This document shows positions 34,039 through 46,834 of a DNA stretch of 64,000 nucleotides, in pieces. Location: NCBI RefSeq assembly GCF_963506605.1, contig NC_083288.1, positions 42,222,001 through 42,286,000 of the forward strand, read 5' to 3'. How positions within the stretch are numbered: position 1 is the first letter of the stretch; each line of letters begins with the position of its first letter. This DNA is from Zootoca vivipara (Eukaryota). Below the pieces are notes generated by a model, which was not told the DNA's origin, made no database searches, and saw nothing but the letters and a program-made list of their open reading frames with translations. A program made the position numbers and the translations under genes.

Positions 34039-37000
34039 ATGGTGGCATTGTTGGTCTTGCTGCTGTTTCTGCTTCCTCATGCAATATGCAAACCTCACAT
34101 TGTTAAGTGTCATGTCCATGATCCACACACTCCACTTCATCAGTGTCATCAGGAAGGAGACCTCATCCTTGGTGGCATAGCCTCTCACAGCATCATCCTC
34201 TCCATTTCAACACACTTCACTGAAAAACCCCTACCAACTTTGTTTGAAGGGCTAAAGTAAGAACTGGATATTTGCACTGCTGCATTTCTATTCCATCTTT
34301 GGACACTGGAACCATCAGTTTCAGGAAACCATGGGTAATCTGTGGCCCTGGACTCCATCAGTTCCCATCAACAGTGTCAATCAATAATAATGGTCATTGT
34401 AGTACCACTTTCCCCACTAAATCAAACATCAAAAGAAGATTCCACCTAAACATTAGGAAGAACTTCCTGACAGTAAGAGCTGTTCGGCAGTGGAATTTGC
34501 TACCAAGGAGTGTGGTGGAGTCTCCTTCTTTGGAGATCCTTAAGCAGAGGCTTGACAGACATATGTCAAGAATGCTTTGATGGTGTTTCCTGCTTGGCAG
34601 GGGGTTGGACTGGATGGCCCTTGTGGTCTCTTCCAACTCTACGATTCTATGATTCTATGATTCAGGTATCATATGAAGACATGTAATTTTGTTGACAGGT
34701 ATCATATGAAGACATGTAATTTTGCATCAGTTTTGCTTCAGGACCCCAAGAGAATGAAATTAGGGCAGGATTTCTACACAGATTATGAAACCAGCTGTAA
34801 AAAGGTAGACCATGGACATTTTAAAGTCTGCATTCCCCTCCCATAGAATTTCACCTCCATCCTTTTTCTACCACTGTAGGGAAGGAGGAGGATCACTTGT
34901 AGTGATACCTGTTCAAGAGTTTCCTCCACTGTGAAAATAGTTAAATAAATGAAGGAATAAATAATACTAATGAGGATGGTGTAGAACTGAGTTGTGATAA
35001 ATTTACAAAGTGTTACATGCCATTCTGATAAAAATCAAAACTCTCTTTTCAGTGTGGTGCCAAAGAATTACCAGCACATCCTGGCCTTGCAATTTGCAGT
35101 GAAGGAGATCAACGAAAACCCTCAGCTCTTACCCAATGTCACTTTAGGCTTCCGCATCTATGACAGCTATTTCAATGCCAAATGGACCTCTCATGCCACA
35201 ATGTTACTCATATGCACTCTGGAAACATTTGTCCCCAACTACATCTGTGACATCAAGAAAAACTTGATTGCCGTAATTGGGGGACTGGACTCCCAAACTT
35301 CCCTTCATGTGGCAACAATCTTGGATAAATATAAGATTCCACAGGTGAGATATATCAAGTTATGGTAACTTAACTCATCAAGATATATTTGGATATATGC
35401 CGTTCTTTTTTTCTGGGGGGAATAAAGCGGTACACATACCCCTAAATATTTTGTGAATGTTTGTACTTTTGTCCATTTTCTGTATTTATTGTTCCCGATT
35501 TGAACTATAAAATGGTGATTTTCTTGAGTCAAAATGAGAGTACCATACCCATAAACTTTTTTTAAAAAAAAGCACTGGATATATAAATGTGCACATTTCA
35601 AATAACCATGCTAATAGCAAATCCAAGCTGAGAAATAAAGTCCTGATAGCAAATAAGTTATGCCTTCAGATGTCCCGTTTGGCCTTGCCATTGCCTGAGA
35701 TATGATAACAGCTGATTGGCAGGTGAGTGTCACTTGGCTTAGCAAAAATAGCATGCATAGGCCAAATGGTGAGGATTGGAAAGCTGTCAGGGTTGAGACA
35801 GACGAGGAGGAGTGGTGGCTAGCTCCCCCTGACAGTTGCCCCAATGTTGCTCTTAATACACAAATATAATATATAAAATAGAAAAAAATTCCTTCAGTAG
35901 CACCTTAAAGACCAACTAAGTTTTTGTTTTGGTATGAGCTTTCGTGTGCATGCACACTTCTTCAAGTGGACACTTCTGTTTCTAGTGTATCTGAATTTTT
36001 TTCTATTTTGCTTCGACTCAGACCAACACGACTACCTACCTGTAACTATAATATATAAAAGTTATTGCTGCTTCTGTCTCTTTCTCCTCCAACCACAACT
36101 ATGTTTAGCTTATTTATGGCCCTGCTCCAATGATGAATGATAAAACCCCAGGCCTTTTCTTCTACCAGATGGCGCCCAAAGAAACCCGCCAGTATAAGGG
36201 GATCCTGTCTTTGCTTCTGCATTTCAGGTGGATATGGATTGGGATCCTTACTTTCTATGATGAGAATGCAGAAAGATTTGTGCAAACGGTGGTTCCCCTT
36301 TTTTCCCAGAGTGGCATCTGTTTTGCCTTCATAGAAAGAAGTCACAAACCTACTTATGTCACAGAAATTAACGATATGTTTAAATTGGGGGCCAAAATAC
36401 ATGACAAGATAAATGATAGCAAAGCCAATGTAGTGTTGGCTTATGGAGAATCATATGGTCTGGCATTTTTTAGATGGTTGCCTTACCTATCAGAACTGGA
36501 ACAAAGTTCAAATAAGCCAAAAGGTAAAGTGTGGATTATGACAGCCCAGGTGGAACTCACTTCTTTTGTCTATCAACGGACTTGGGATACAGAAATACTC
36601 CATGGGGTTCTCTCATTCACAACTCACTCGAATGATCCACCAGGATTTCGTCAGTTTGTCCAGAGCAAAACCCCTTCCAGCCCAAAAGGTGATGGCTTTA
36701 TTTTGGACTTCTGGCAACAGGCATTTGACTGTGTGTTTCCAAATCGAGTTGTTGGCAGTGTGAGGGGGGATATTTGCACTGGGCAAGAGAAGCTGGAGAA
36801 TCTTCCTGGTCCTTTCTTTGAAATGACTATGACCAGCCACAGCTACAACATCTACAATGCTGTCTATGCTGTGGCCCATGCTTTACATGCCATGTCTATA
36901 TCCCGAGTGAAACACAGACCGGTAATGATCAATGGAGGAATGAAGTTGCACAAACAACCACTGTGGCAGGTAATGGGCTGAGCACCCTTCCTGAAAGAGG

Positions 37001-37707
37001 TTCAAAAGCCTTTGGTTTTATCCCTTTGGTAAAAGTCACTTTTCCTATGCAACACCAGCAGGGGTCACCAATGTGGGTGCAGCAATGCTCCTGAAATCTT
37101 CCGCAGGTGCCCCCAAACTACTTCCTCTATTCACTGCCCTTTGGCCATGAGATAGTTGCTTTATCTCTCTTGAAATGCACATAAAGCCCAATGGGAACTT
37201 CTCCACTTGCTTTTCTAGCTTCAAATTCAGCCTACTAGACTTCCCTTCCTATTGACATCAGACAGAACCCTTCATTGTATTCATTTATGCACCAGTTTAA
37301 AACATATTTGTTTAGGCAAGCCACATGGATCATGACATATTTTAATCTCTTTTCATTTTACTGCTAATTTTAAGTATTTTAAATTATTATTATTTTAAAA
37401 CTGTTTGAACTTAAAGTAGAAATACTGAAAGAGAACAAATTCAGCAATTCATATGAACCTCTTAGAGGAGCATGGGGCTGAATACCCATTTACCTCTGAA
37501 GTTGGCATATAAATGGAAAAATATATCACATAGCATAGCATATAAAGTCTATAGAGAACAAAGTGATATATTTTAGACAACAAAACGAACAGAGCATACA
37601 CTTTTTGTTAATAAAGTTTTTTTATGGCTGTGCATGGAATTCCTGCAGGAGATCTTAAGAATCTGTATTTGAAATGAACTTCCAAATGTGCGAAAGTCTT
37701 GGCTTAA

Positions 37708-37760
<53 letters not shown>

Positions 37761-40700
37761 AGATGAAAAGAAAACTGCTTTCCTCCAAGGTGGATATTAG
37801 GAAAACTGACGTGAAAGTGAACATCATGATTCTCTCTTGCTAAATGGAAGCCTTTTCTATACTTTCTCTTTCCTTTTCAATCTAGCTCCATCATTTTCTG
37901 AGGAGTATCTCATTTAACAACAGCGCTGGGGACAAGATTTCCTTGGACCAGAATGGGGAGATACAAGCTGGATTTGATATTACCAATTGGATCATTTCCT
38001 CCAACCAATCCTTTCAGAGAGTGAAGGTTGGAGGGGTGGATTCCCTGGCTCCTCCTCAGCAAGCATTGACCATCAATGACGGAGCCATAAAATGGCACCA
38101 TTGGTTTAACCAGGTAGGATGCAACCATCAGCCCTTTGTAACACTGAAGACTTTAACATAACAAAAAAGATTATTGCATTGTACATTGCTCAGCCTTTAT
38201 AACATTGGAATAAAGGTAGAGCAAGCTATGAATAAATGTTACAAGCTAAATGTACAGTCTCTGGTTCCTGTTACACTGAAAGTGAATATGTTAACTGACA
38301 ACTTGAAGAAGTGAACCCTAAATAGATTTTGATGATATCAAATGTATTGTTATAAGTTTGGAGGATCATTCTGGTTGAAACCCTGGTTCACATTACAATT
38401 CTGGGCTCCTGCATCAGTGAGGGGAGAATGAATAAAGGGAAGTTTGCTGAACTAGTTCCTTTGTCAAGGTAATGGCTTTGACTGGCTGGTTAAGACCTAG
38501 GGATTGCAGGTATAAATATTTCAGTTTTAAAAGGGTCCATATGTCAATTTTCAGCACTTTCAAAACTGTGGCTCCTTTTACAAAATTATGTATAAAGTAG
38601 ACCTCACAAGGCAGATTATGCATACCATGTTACAATGTTTTAGAATGAGCCCTAACACTTTACATTGTGGGTGTCCTTTGGGGCATCGCGCGTGGTGCTA
38701 CAGTTCCCAGGGAACTTACTGGCAAACAGGGACTGGCCTGCATCTCAGTGTTGACTTTTGAAGGTTCACGCCCAGCCTCAGTAGTCAAGTTTCATTGCTG
38801 GGAGGTGGGGCCAGTCCTATATATATAAGGGGGTGGAGCCAACAGTATCCAGGCAGTTGGCCCAGGAGCTTCACCCACCCAATCCTCCCTTATTTTAATG
38901 TTTTATTGTTTGCTGGTTAACTTTTTCTTCCTGTTTAGTGAGCGCTGCTTTGGTCTAAGGCTGGTTGCTGTTGAAGGACTGGGAAGAATTTTTCCTGCAT
39001 TGGCAGGTTTTGTCTTCCCCGTAGCAATTCATCACAACTTTTGCAGTTATGGCCTTGGGTGGAATCCTTTCGTCTTTTCCCCCCTATATTGGGGGGCGGT
39101 GATTCCAGGGTCCCCCTCTTAAAGGGGTTATATATATATGGGTGTCACTGCCCATACACTGAAAGGTCGCAAGAGAACTACCCTGCGCATGGGGATATGG
39201 GCTTGGCTGCCTGCTACGCTTATGTCTCACAGAGCACCCCAATATCCCATTTACCCTGATGAGCCCCAGTTCTCCCGGCTGGGGGGCTGGGAGGAATACA
39301 TGCTCAAGGCCTAAGTCAAGGTCTTCCTACATTTGGAAGTTGAATAAAGTTGTGGCCTAATTTTAATTCCATATAACGTTGTCAGAGTCTTTATTCCTTC
39401 CTTATGATCCCTTGACTAAACGACATGGCTAAACGACTAAACAACAACATTATCCCTGGGGGCTGGGGCTGTCGCTGCCTGGTCACGCAATAGCAAGTGT
39501 ATAACTCTGAGGCTTTCTTAGTAATAAGCGACACCACCACAACCCTTAACGTCACTTTGGCAAAAAGAGGTATGCATACCTAGTCCGAGCCCTGACTATT
39601 GTTGTTGTTGTTTTTGTTTAGTCGTTTAGTCGTGTCCGACTCTTTGTGACCCCATGGACCATAGCACGCCAGGCACTCCTGTCTTCCACTGCCTCCCGCA
39701 GTTTGGTCAAACTCATGTTCGTAGCTTCGAGAACACTGTCCAACCATCTCATCCTCTGTCGTCCCCTTCTCCTTGTGCCCTCCATCTTTCCCAGCATTAG
39801 GGTCTTTTCCAGGGAGTCTTCTCTTCTCATGAGGTGGCCAAAGTATTGGAGCCTCAGCTTCACGATCTGTCCTTCCAGTGAGCACTCAGGGCTGATTTCC
39901 TTCAGAATGGATAGGTTTGATCTTCTTGCAGTCCATGGGACTCTCAAGAGTCTCCTCCAGCACCATAATTCAAAAGCATCAATTCTTCAGCGATGAGCCT
40001 TCTTTATGGTCCAGCTCTCACTTCTATACATTACTACGGGGGAAACCATAGCTTTAACTATACGGACCTTTGTCGGCAAGGTGATGTTTCTGCTTTTTAA
40101 GATGCTGTCTAGGTTTGTTATTGCTTTTCTCCCAAGAAGCAGGTGTCTTTTAATTTCGTGACTGCTGTCACCATCTGCAGTGATCAAGGAGCCCAAGAAC
40201 GTAAAATCTCTCACTGCATCCATTTCTTCCCCTTCTATTCGCGAGGAGGTGACAGGACCAGTGGCCATGATCTTGGTTTTTTTGATGTTGAGCTTCAGAC
40301 CATATTTTGCGCTCTCCTCTTTCACCCTCATTAAAAGGTTCTTTAATTCCTCCTCACTTTCTGCTATCAAGGTTGTGTCATCTGCATACCTGAGGTTGTT
40401 GATATTTCTTCCAGCAATCTTAATTCCGGTTTGGGATTCATATTGCCCTGACTATAGAGGATATTAAAAACATTACTATCCACAACAGTAATGGCAAAAA
40501 AACAACAATTTAGTGGAGTTTGCACATTGAGTCAATGGAAAATGCCAGAAAATGAGTCCAAATGGAATTGAAACAGGCTATTAAGTGAATTTCTGAAACG
40601 ATTGTTGTTGTTCTGTTGCAAATCCCTTTTAAGAAAGAGCTTAATTCCCCCTTTTAGCTTTTCTTTGAGTCCACTTTTTTTATACATCTCTCTCTTTCAT

Positions 40701-42669
40701 TTGTGTATTAGACACAGCCTGACTCTGTATGTACTGAGAGCTGCCGCCCTGGTTTTTGCAGGAAGGTGAAGGAGGGGGAAGCATTTTGCTGCTACGATTG
40801 CATCCCATGTCCAGAAGGAAAGATTTCAGACCAGGAGGGTAAGAAATTTACTGCCTATATTTATAGCTTGTTTCCTCTAATCAAGAACATGCATATGAAA
40901 TAATGCATTCACCAAGATTTCTTTTGACAGTTCATGAAATATTGAGAAATCTTGCTGAAGAGGGACATAATGAAAGTTATTCCGGGGAGCCGGTCGCTCC
41001 CCAAGTTCATCGTCAACTGAGGGGCTCTTCTGCGCATGCGCAAAGTGCTGATAGAACGGAAAAAGTATAAAGTAGATTTTCAGATGAGCCAGGAGGTTTT
41101 GTAACAGCTGGAAATATGCTGAGGTTGAGACTGGCGTGGGGGGGGGGGTACTTAGGATACAATACATGAATTCTATTCAGTTTGGTCACATGACTTGGAA
41201 ACCCAACCTAAATTAAGCTAATGAAAAGGGTGGTGTAATCAAAACACTATTTTGAAAGCTTGTTTTCTCTCTGGTTAGCTTTGGCTAGATCGAACAGTGG
41301 CAGCCCTAATCCTCAATGCATTTTGCATCTGGTGCACTTTATCTTGTCTTAATTTATGCCAGGATTGCATTACATCATCATCTTGGCATAGTATTTGTCC
41401 TTATCTGTGAAATCATCTTCTACAGCAGTCCTTGAAATCAGGTTTGACACTTTGGATACAGTTGCCTGAATCCCAGTTACTTTCACATATGTAGATCAGG
41501 AAGTGTATCTGTGCCCCCCCCCTGAATTTGATGCAATCAGTATTCAACATCTGATAGGTGAGAAGGGCATGGTTTCATCATTTTCAATGTCAATTGTTTT
41601 GAACTCCTTGTACGCTTTTTAAATCATTTTAATAATGTATTCACAAGATCATACTTTAATTTTTGAAAACACGTCCAAAATGTGGAAAGCAACAAACAAT
41701 AGAGGAAGCATAGTGGCATGTTGGCCATATTTTTGGGATTAAGAACCATGTCTTTCTTTCTCAGACATGAATGACTGCTATGAATGTGAAGATGAAAAGT
41801 ATCCAAACATACATAAGAATATATGTATTGCCAAGCATACAACTTTCTTGTCCTTTGAAGAACCTCTGGGCCTCAGCTTAGCCTGTTCTGCTATTTCCTT
41901 TGTTTTCATTACAGCACTGGTGCTGGAAATATTTGTGAAGCACAGGGACACTCCCATTGTGAAAGCCAACAACCGGGACCTCACCTACTCACTGCTCATC
42001 TCCCTCTTGCTTTGCTTCCTTTCTGCATTACTGTTCATCGGATATCCTGACAAGGTGACGTGTCTCCTCCGACAAACTGCTTTTGGCATCATCTTCTCAG
42101 TGGCCGTTTCTTGTGTTCTGGCAAAAACCATCACTGTGGTTCTGGCTTTCATGGCCACAAAACCAGGATCCAGAATGAGGAAGTGGGTGGGGAAAGGACT
42201 GGCAAACTCTATTGTCCTCTCCTGCTCCCTTATCCAAGCAGTCATCTGCATTGTGTGGCTGGTGATCTCTCCTCCATTCCCTAATGCTGACATGAAGTCA
42301 GTGGCTGAAGAAATTGTACTGGAGTGCAATGAGGGGACAGTGACCTTCTTTTACTGTGTCTTGGGCTACATGGGCTTCTTAGCTTTGGTCAGTTTCACTG
42401 TGGCTTTCCTTGCCCGGAAATTACCTGACAGTTTCAACGAAGCCAAGTTCATCACTTTCAGCATGTTGGTCTTTTGCAGTGTTTGGTTATCCTTTGTTCC
42501 TGCCTACCTGAGCTCAAAGGGGAAATACATGGTGGCTGTGGAGATCTTCTCTATCTTAGCTTCCAGTGCTGGGTTGTTGGGTTGCATCTTTTCCCCAAAA
42601 TGTTATATTATTTTGCTGAGGTCTGAGCTGAACACTAGGGAACACTTAATAAGAAGAAACTCAACATAA
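34039..42669 (+). CDS. Vmn2r: Vomeronasal type-2 receptor gene 3 (intact, about 876 aa, TE-derived last codons)
   Basis: Exons 34039-34256, 35053-35344, 36109-36969, 37886-38113, 40712-40838, 41765-42669; GT-AG, lengths 218/292/861/228/127/905. Confidence 0.92.
34430..34663 (+). mobile_element. CR1 LINE 3' fragment
   Basis: [29 protein letters not shown] motif and (GATTCTAT)n tail. Confidence 0.9.
35400..35577. mobile_element. hAT-type MITE (family of 17887-18038, opposite orientation)
   Basis: Ends AAAAAAAGCACTG; 8-bp TSD GATATATG/GATATATA. Confidence 0.7.
35878..36046 (-). mobile_element. Penelope-like element terminal-repeat fragments
   Basis: Reverse complement of the 30673 motif joined to a forward piece CAGACCAACACG.CTACCTACCTGTAAC. 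Confidence 0.7.
37711..37757. repeat. (TA)n microsatellite
   Basis: About 23 units. Confidence 0.95.
38648..39490 (+). mobile_element. Insertion resembling DIRS/Ngaro tyrosine-recombinase retroelement terminal repeats
   Basis: Absent from the paralogous intron near 51335; GC-richer, with TATATAAGGGGG, AATAAAGTTGTGGCC, ends GGTCACGCAA; no clear long TSD. Confidence 0.5.
39600..40444 (-). mobile_element. RTE-BovB LINE, 5'-truncated
   Basis: [56 protein letters not shown]; (CAA)n tail; 11-bp TSD GCCCTGACTAT (39589-39599 / 40445-40455). Confidence 0.93.
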
Positions 42670-43962
42670 TACCTAGACTAGTTTATATCTTAAGAGGAAT
42701 TCCAATTCACATATCGAGCTAATACTTTCTCAAAATCAAATCTTTGTTTAGATAATGTCTTTGGGGTCTTCAGTTCCAAGAATATCTATGCAAAAAATGG
42801 AAATGCATGTAAAATGAGGAGGATTGGGGATCCGAGTCTTAGAAATGTATCACCAAGCATATTTACTGTCAGGTTCACAATTCTGGAGACCCATAACTGA
42901 AAACAACTGTCCAAATTGGGCTGCTTTGGAATATTCCTTTCTAGCACCTCTAGAAAAATGGACAGGACATTAATACTCAATATGTTATTGAAACAATAAC
43001 ATCAGTTCTAACAAAATGGCACCACATGTCCCAAAAATATAAATTTTACCCTTTCTCCCACAACAAAATGACTTTGTGGGGAAACTCGTCTTTAAAAATC
43101 AGGAAAGAAATGGTCATATGGAAGAGGTAGCTGAATTTGGGTATATTAACATTAGACCAGCTGATGAGGATGAATTTTATACATATTCAATCTTAAGGGA
43201 CAAATAAAGGTTGCCTAGAAATGTTCAATGGAAATATCTCCAGATAAAACACTTGCCACCCGCCATCTACCAACAAGCAGCTTTTACAACCTCAGAGACC
43301 CCAGAGATATTGAAGCTGTTGGTTGATTCTTACGCAACAAAAAAATGGCCATTGACATACATAAATCTTTGTTACTAGCAAACCAATTTGATATACAGGT
43401 ATTGAGGGAGTATTGGAATAAGGAATAAGAGATCTCAATTTCGACCACACAGTGGGGAAACTGTTTTATCTGCTATAACTAGGGTGTCTCTGGACCTTAA
43501 ATTGAGGCTCATACAACAAGAAATAATATTTAGAATATACTGGATCCCATTATGGTTGTTTTGAAAAGGTGCTATTTAAAGGATCTAACTGTTGGAGATG
43601 CAATAGGGATAATCATATATTGAAAGATTTTTGGCAGAAAGTAACTGAAACTATCAACAGAACTGTATGCATTTACATTTACAGAGCAAAATATCTTCTT
43701 GAATTATATACCAAGTACATGGAATAATACGAGTGGACTCTCCATGCCCTTACCACAGCAAAAAGATTGATACTGATGAATTGGAAAAATAAAAGTGTGG
43801 CTCTATAATCTATGATTGGATTGAAGACTTATATAACCTAAAGCATATGAACAAATTTTCTCTTTCTTTTTCTCTCTTTTCTTTATGGCTCACCATGCTT
43901 AGTGCACATATAATTATGAACTTTTTGAACTTTAAATAAAGATGTTTAAAGGGGGGGTAGCC
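42660..43962 (+). mobile_element. Degenerate L1-clade fragment inserted in the last codons of V2R gene 3
   Basis: 9-bp TSD AAGAAGAAA (42651-42659 / 43963-43971); LWGN, CWRC..FWQKV remnants; AATAAA near 43935. Confidence 0.75.
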
Positions 43963-45208
43963 AAGAAGAAAATGCCGAAGAAATCAGAAGTCTGTATCAT
44001 TGGCTATAATATTTAGTTCAGAGATTTGTATGCATCCCTGAAAAGAAGCACCCAGAATCCTCTTTGGGCAACCACCTCACAGGATTTAACCCTCTTCTGC
44101 TGTTAGTTGGAAAGTGGGAAGGAGATGGTGTGTCTCCTTTCCCTGCCTGCTTCCAACGTTAATCAGAATTCTTAAAACACCAATTTGCCTTGCCCCCAAA
44201 TTGCTCTGAGCATAGATACAAGACAGGGCAGTTGTTCCCTTCGCCAGCCCAATCCAGGGCCACAGATTCCACACAGAGATCAGGTTGGCTGTGCAGATGC
44301 CAACTGAGCATATTTTTACCTGCAAATCTCCACTACTTGCCCTCTTTCAACATACTGAGTTCACCATATTCAACAATACCAGGTCTGCTGTACCTTTTCC
44401 TCTGCTCACTGTGAAGTCTGCGATTGTTGTTCTTCGGCCTCGGCACTGTACTATTCTACCCTGATGCTATTTCCCACAGCTTTACCATGTCTAATCCCAT
44501 CTTATTTTTTTGCATGTGGCTGTGTTAATGTATATCCTGCCCCATTCTAGTGGAGATTTTTTTTAAGGACAAGTTTCTGGAAATCTTTTAAAAACTGCAC
44601 ATAAAAACAGTCAAAAGAGATAACACACTGAGTACTATAAGGTTTATGAAGGACCTGCTCTATCTTTTTTTCCACTTGCTTTCTTCAAAACTGTAAATTT
44701 GACAGGTGATCTGGGTAAAAATGTTTTGCCATCACTCTCAAACCAAGGAAGACGCAAGATATCATTTTAAGTTGGGGGAAGGGACATTTGGCTGGATCCT
44801 TGGTGGCAATGGGTAGGAAGAAAGGCCCACTTCTAGTGATCCCATGGGGTTTCCCCGCGAGTGGTTCAAACCATAGGAGCTTCTGTAACTAAGGGTTATG
44901 TTTCACCACTTTGAATGAACTCTTATCTCTTGAGATTATGGAGTGTGAATGAATTAGAATATTAGATTTAAAATACACCCATGAAAGCATTACATTGCAT
45001 TGATTATAACATAGTGGCTGAAACCTCATTACCCACCACCCTACTGTAATAAAAGGTAGCTTTTGAAATTGTCTGTGTTGTGAATTTCTGAGTTTAGAAC
45101 TGTTTAGGCGCATTTTAAGGGCACCATGTGTTTACTCACAAAACAGAGCCACCTCTCATACATGCATCTTTATAGAGGTTCAAGGCTAAATTATGTGTGC
45201 ATGCATCT

Positions 45209-45298
45209 CATAGCTGTCAAGTTTCCCCCTTTTTTAAGGGAAATTCCCTTATGCTGAATAGGCTTCCTCACGAGAAAGGGGAAAACTTGACAGCTATG
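45209..45298. mobile_element. 90-bp hAT-type MITE
   Basis: CATAGCTGTCAAGTTT / AAACTTGACAGCTATG TIRs; perfect 8-bp TSD ATGCATCT. Confidence 0.88.
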
Positions 45299-45405
45299 AT
45301 GCATCTCCCAACACTTCCTGGGCATCTGAATAAAAGCATACCCAGAATTCTTCTTGTTATTAACTGAGTATCCACTCCCTCCCTTCCATATTGGTACATC
45401 TGGAC

Positions 45406-45468
45406 TACATTATTTTGTTGAGACCTGAACTGAACAATAGGGATCGTTTAATTAGAAGGAAGTCTTGA
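45406..45468 (+). pseudogene. Second 63-bp relic of a gene-1-type last exon
   Basis: Aligns to 15474-15536; same left junction as 30154. Confidence 0.8.
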
Positions 45469-46834
45469 AGAATGCACTAGTTTCTCTTTTCTATATTGTA
45501 TAGGCTAGACATTTGCGCCCATCCATGACACTGTCACATTGTCTAAATGAGGAGCCGGGGGGGGGGGTGTCATTGTATGATACCAAACTCATTGATCAAG
45601 TTTGCTGATGAAGCTGCAACAGCAAGATAAGGAACTGGGCACGAGGTTATCAATGAGAAACAAAGCAAGATCTGGAGAGCCAATTAGAAAGGGATACTCA
45701 AAGTGAGTTGGAGATAGGGAAAGAGGAGTCCAGCGCATCTGTCACTTTTGATTCCAATGAACTCCACATTTACCCCTTCATGCATGGTAGTAGGATCCCT
45801 CTTGGAGAGCTTTAGAGTCACATTACAGTACATCTAATGAAATAAAATTACTATGCATCTACCTTCAAATATTACTCTTCAAATTACTACCTTCAAATAT
45901 TACTCTTTCTAATGATATAAAAATCATTTATTGTACTTGAACAGCTCATATTCTGCCATTTCTTGTTCTTGCTGTTGTGTATTTGAGTGGAAGGACAAAG
46001 CCTGGGTTTAGAGTTGAGAGTTTGCAGTGATGTGACCTAGAAAGCAGTAAGCATTCTTTTTATTTTATTTTAAAACAGAAATGTTTGATGTCTGTTTGAA
46101 TCCGAAGGCTACAGCTATGAGAAAAAACTAGACCCTTTTAGGGGTATTAATGCTGTGACTACCTCCATCGTAGGCTCAGGTCATATAATATTGTAACATT
46201 TACAACATTTATTAGTATTATACCTTTCCAGGTCAGAATTTCAAGAGGCCAGTGCGATCATCAAACAGATTCATTTCCTCCCTCTCTTGAGACCAAAGGC
46301 TTCTATTTTCAGTATTTTTCCCCATCTTGTTTATTACTGTAAACCAAAACCATATGCAGCTAAGAGGAAATGAAAACTTCTGTTCAGAAAAACACACAAG
46401 TGACTATCTTCCCTTTAATTATCCAAATAACTATAATTAATGTTCCCATTTACCAAACCACCTCATGGACTTGCACAGTACTAATGAGAAAGTCTGTGAA
46501 AGGTATTATAACAGAGCCTTTCAAAGTATGGTGCCCTTCGACTGTTCTGGAACACAACCCAACACCTGCAGTCTGTTGTGAATGCTGTGACTAGTGGTGC
46601 AAAACATCTGAATGTTGGAGGTTGGAGAAGTCTTAAAAAAAAATTAAATCCAGCAATCACAGCTAGACTTAGGAATCAGAAACCTGTCATCACTATTTTT
46701 TTTTCATCTGTTTTCAGAGTCTGGATTTCAGACATATGAGCAGAGTAAAGGGTCAATCAGGCCAGACTACTTCAGTCTCGAAGGCTGTAAAAGTACAAGG
46801 AGGATATTAGTGTATAGCGGAAAATGTACCAAAG

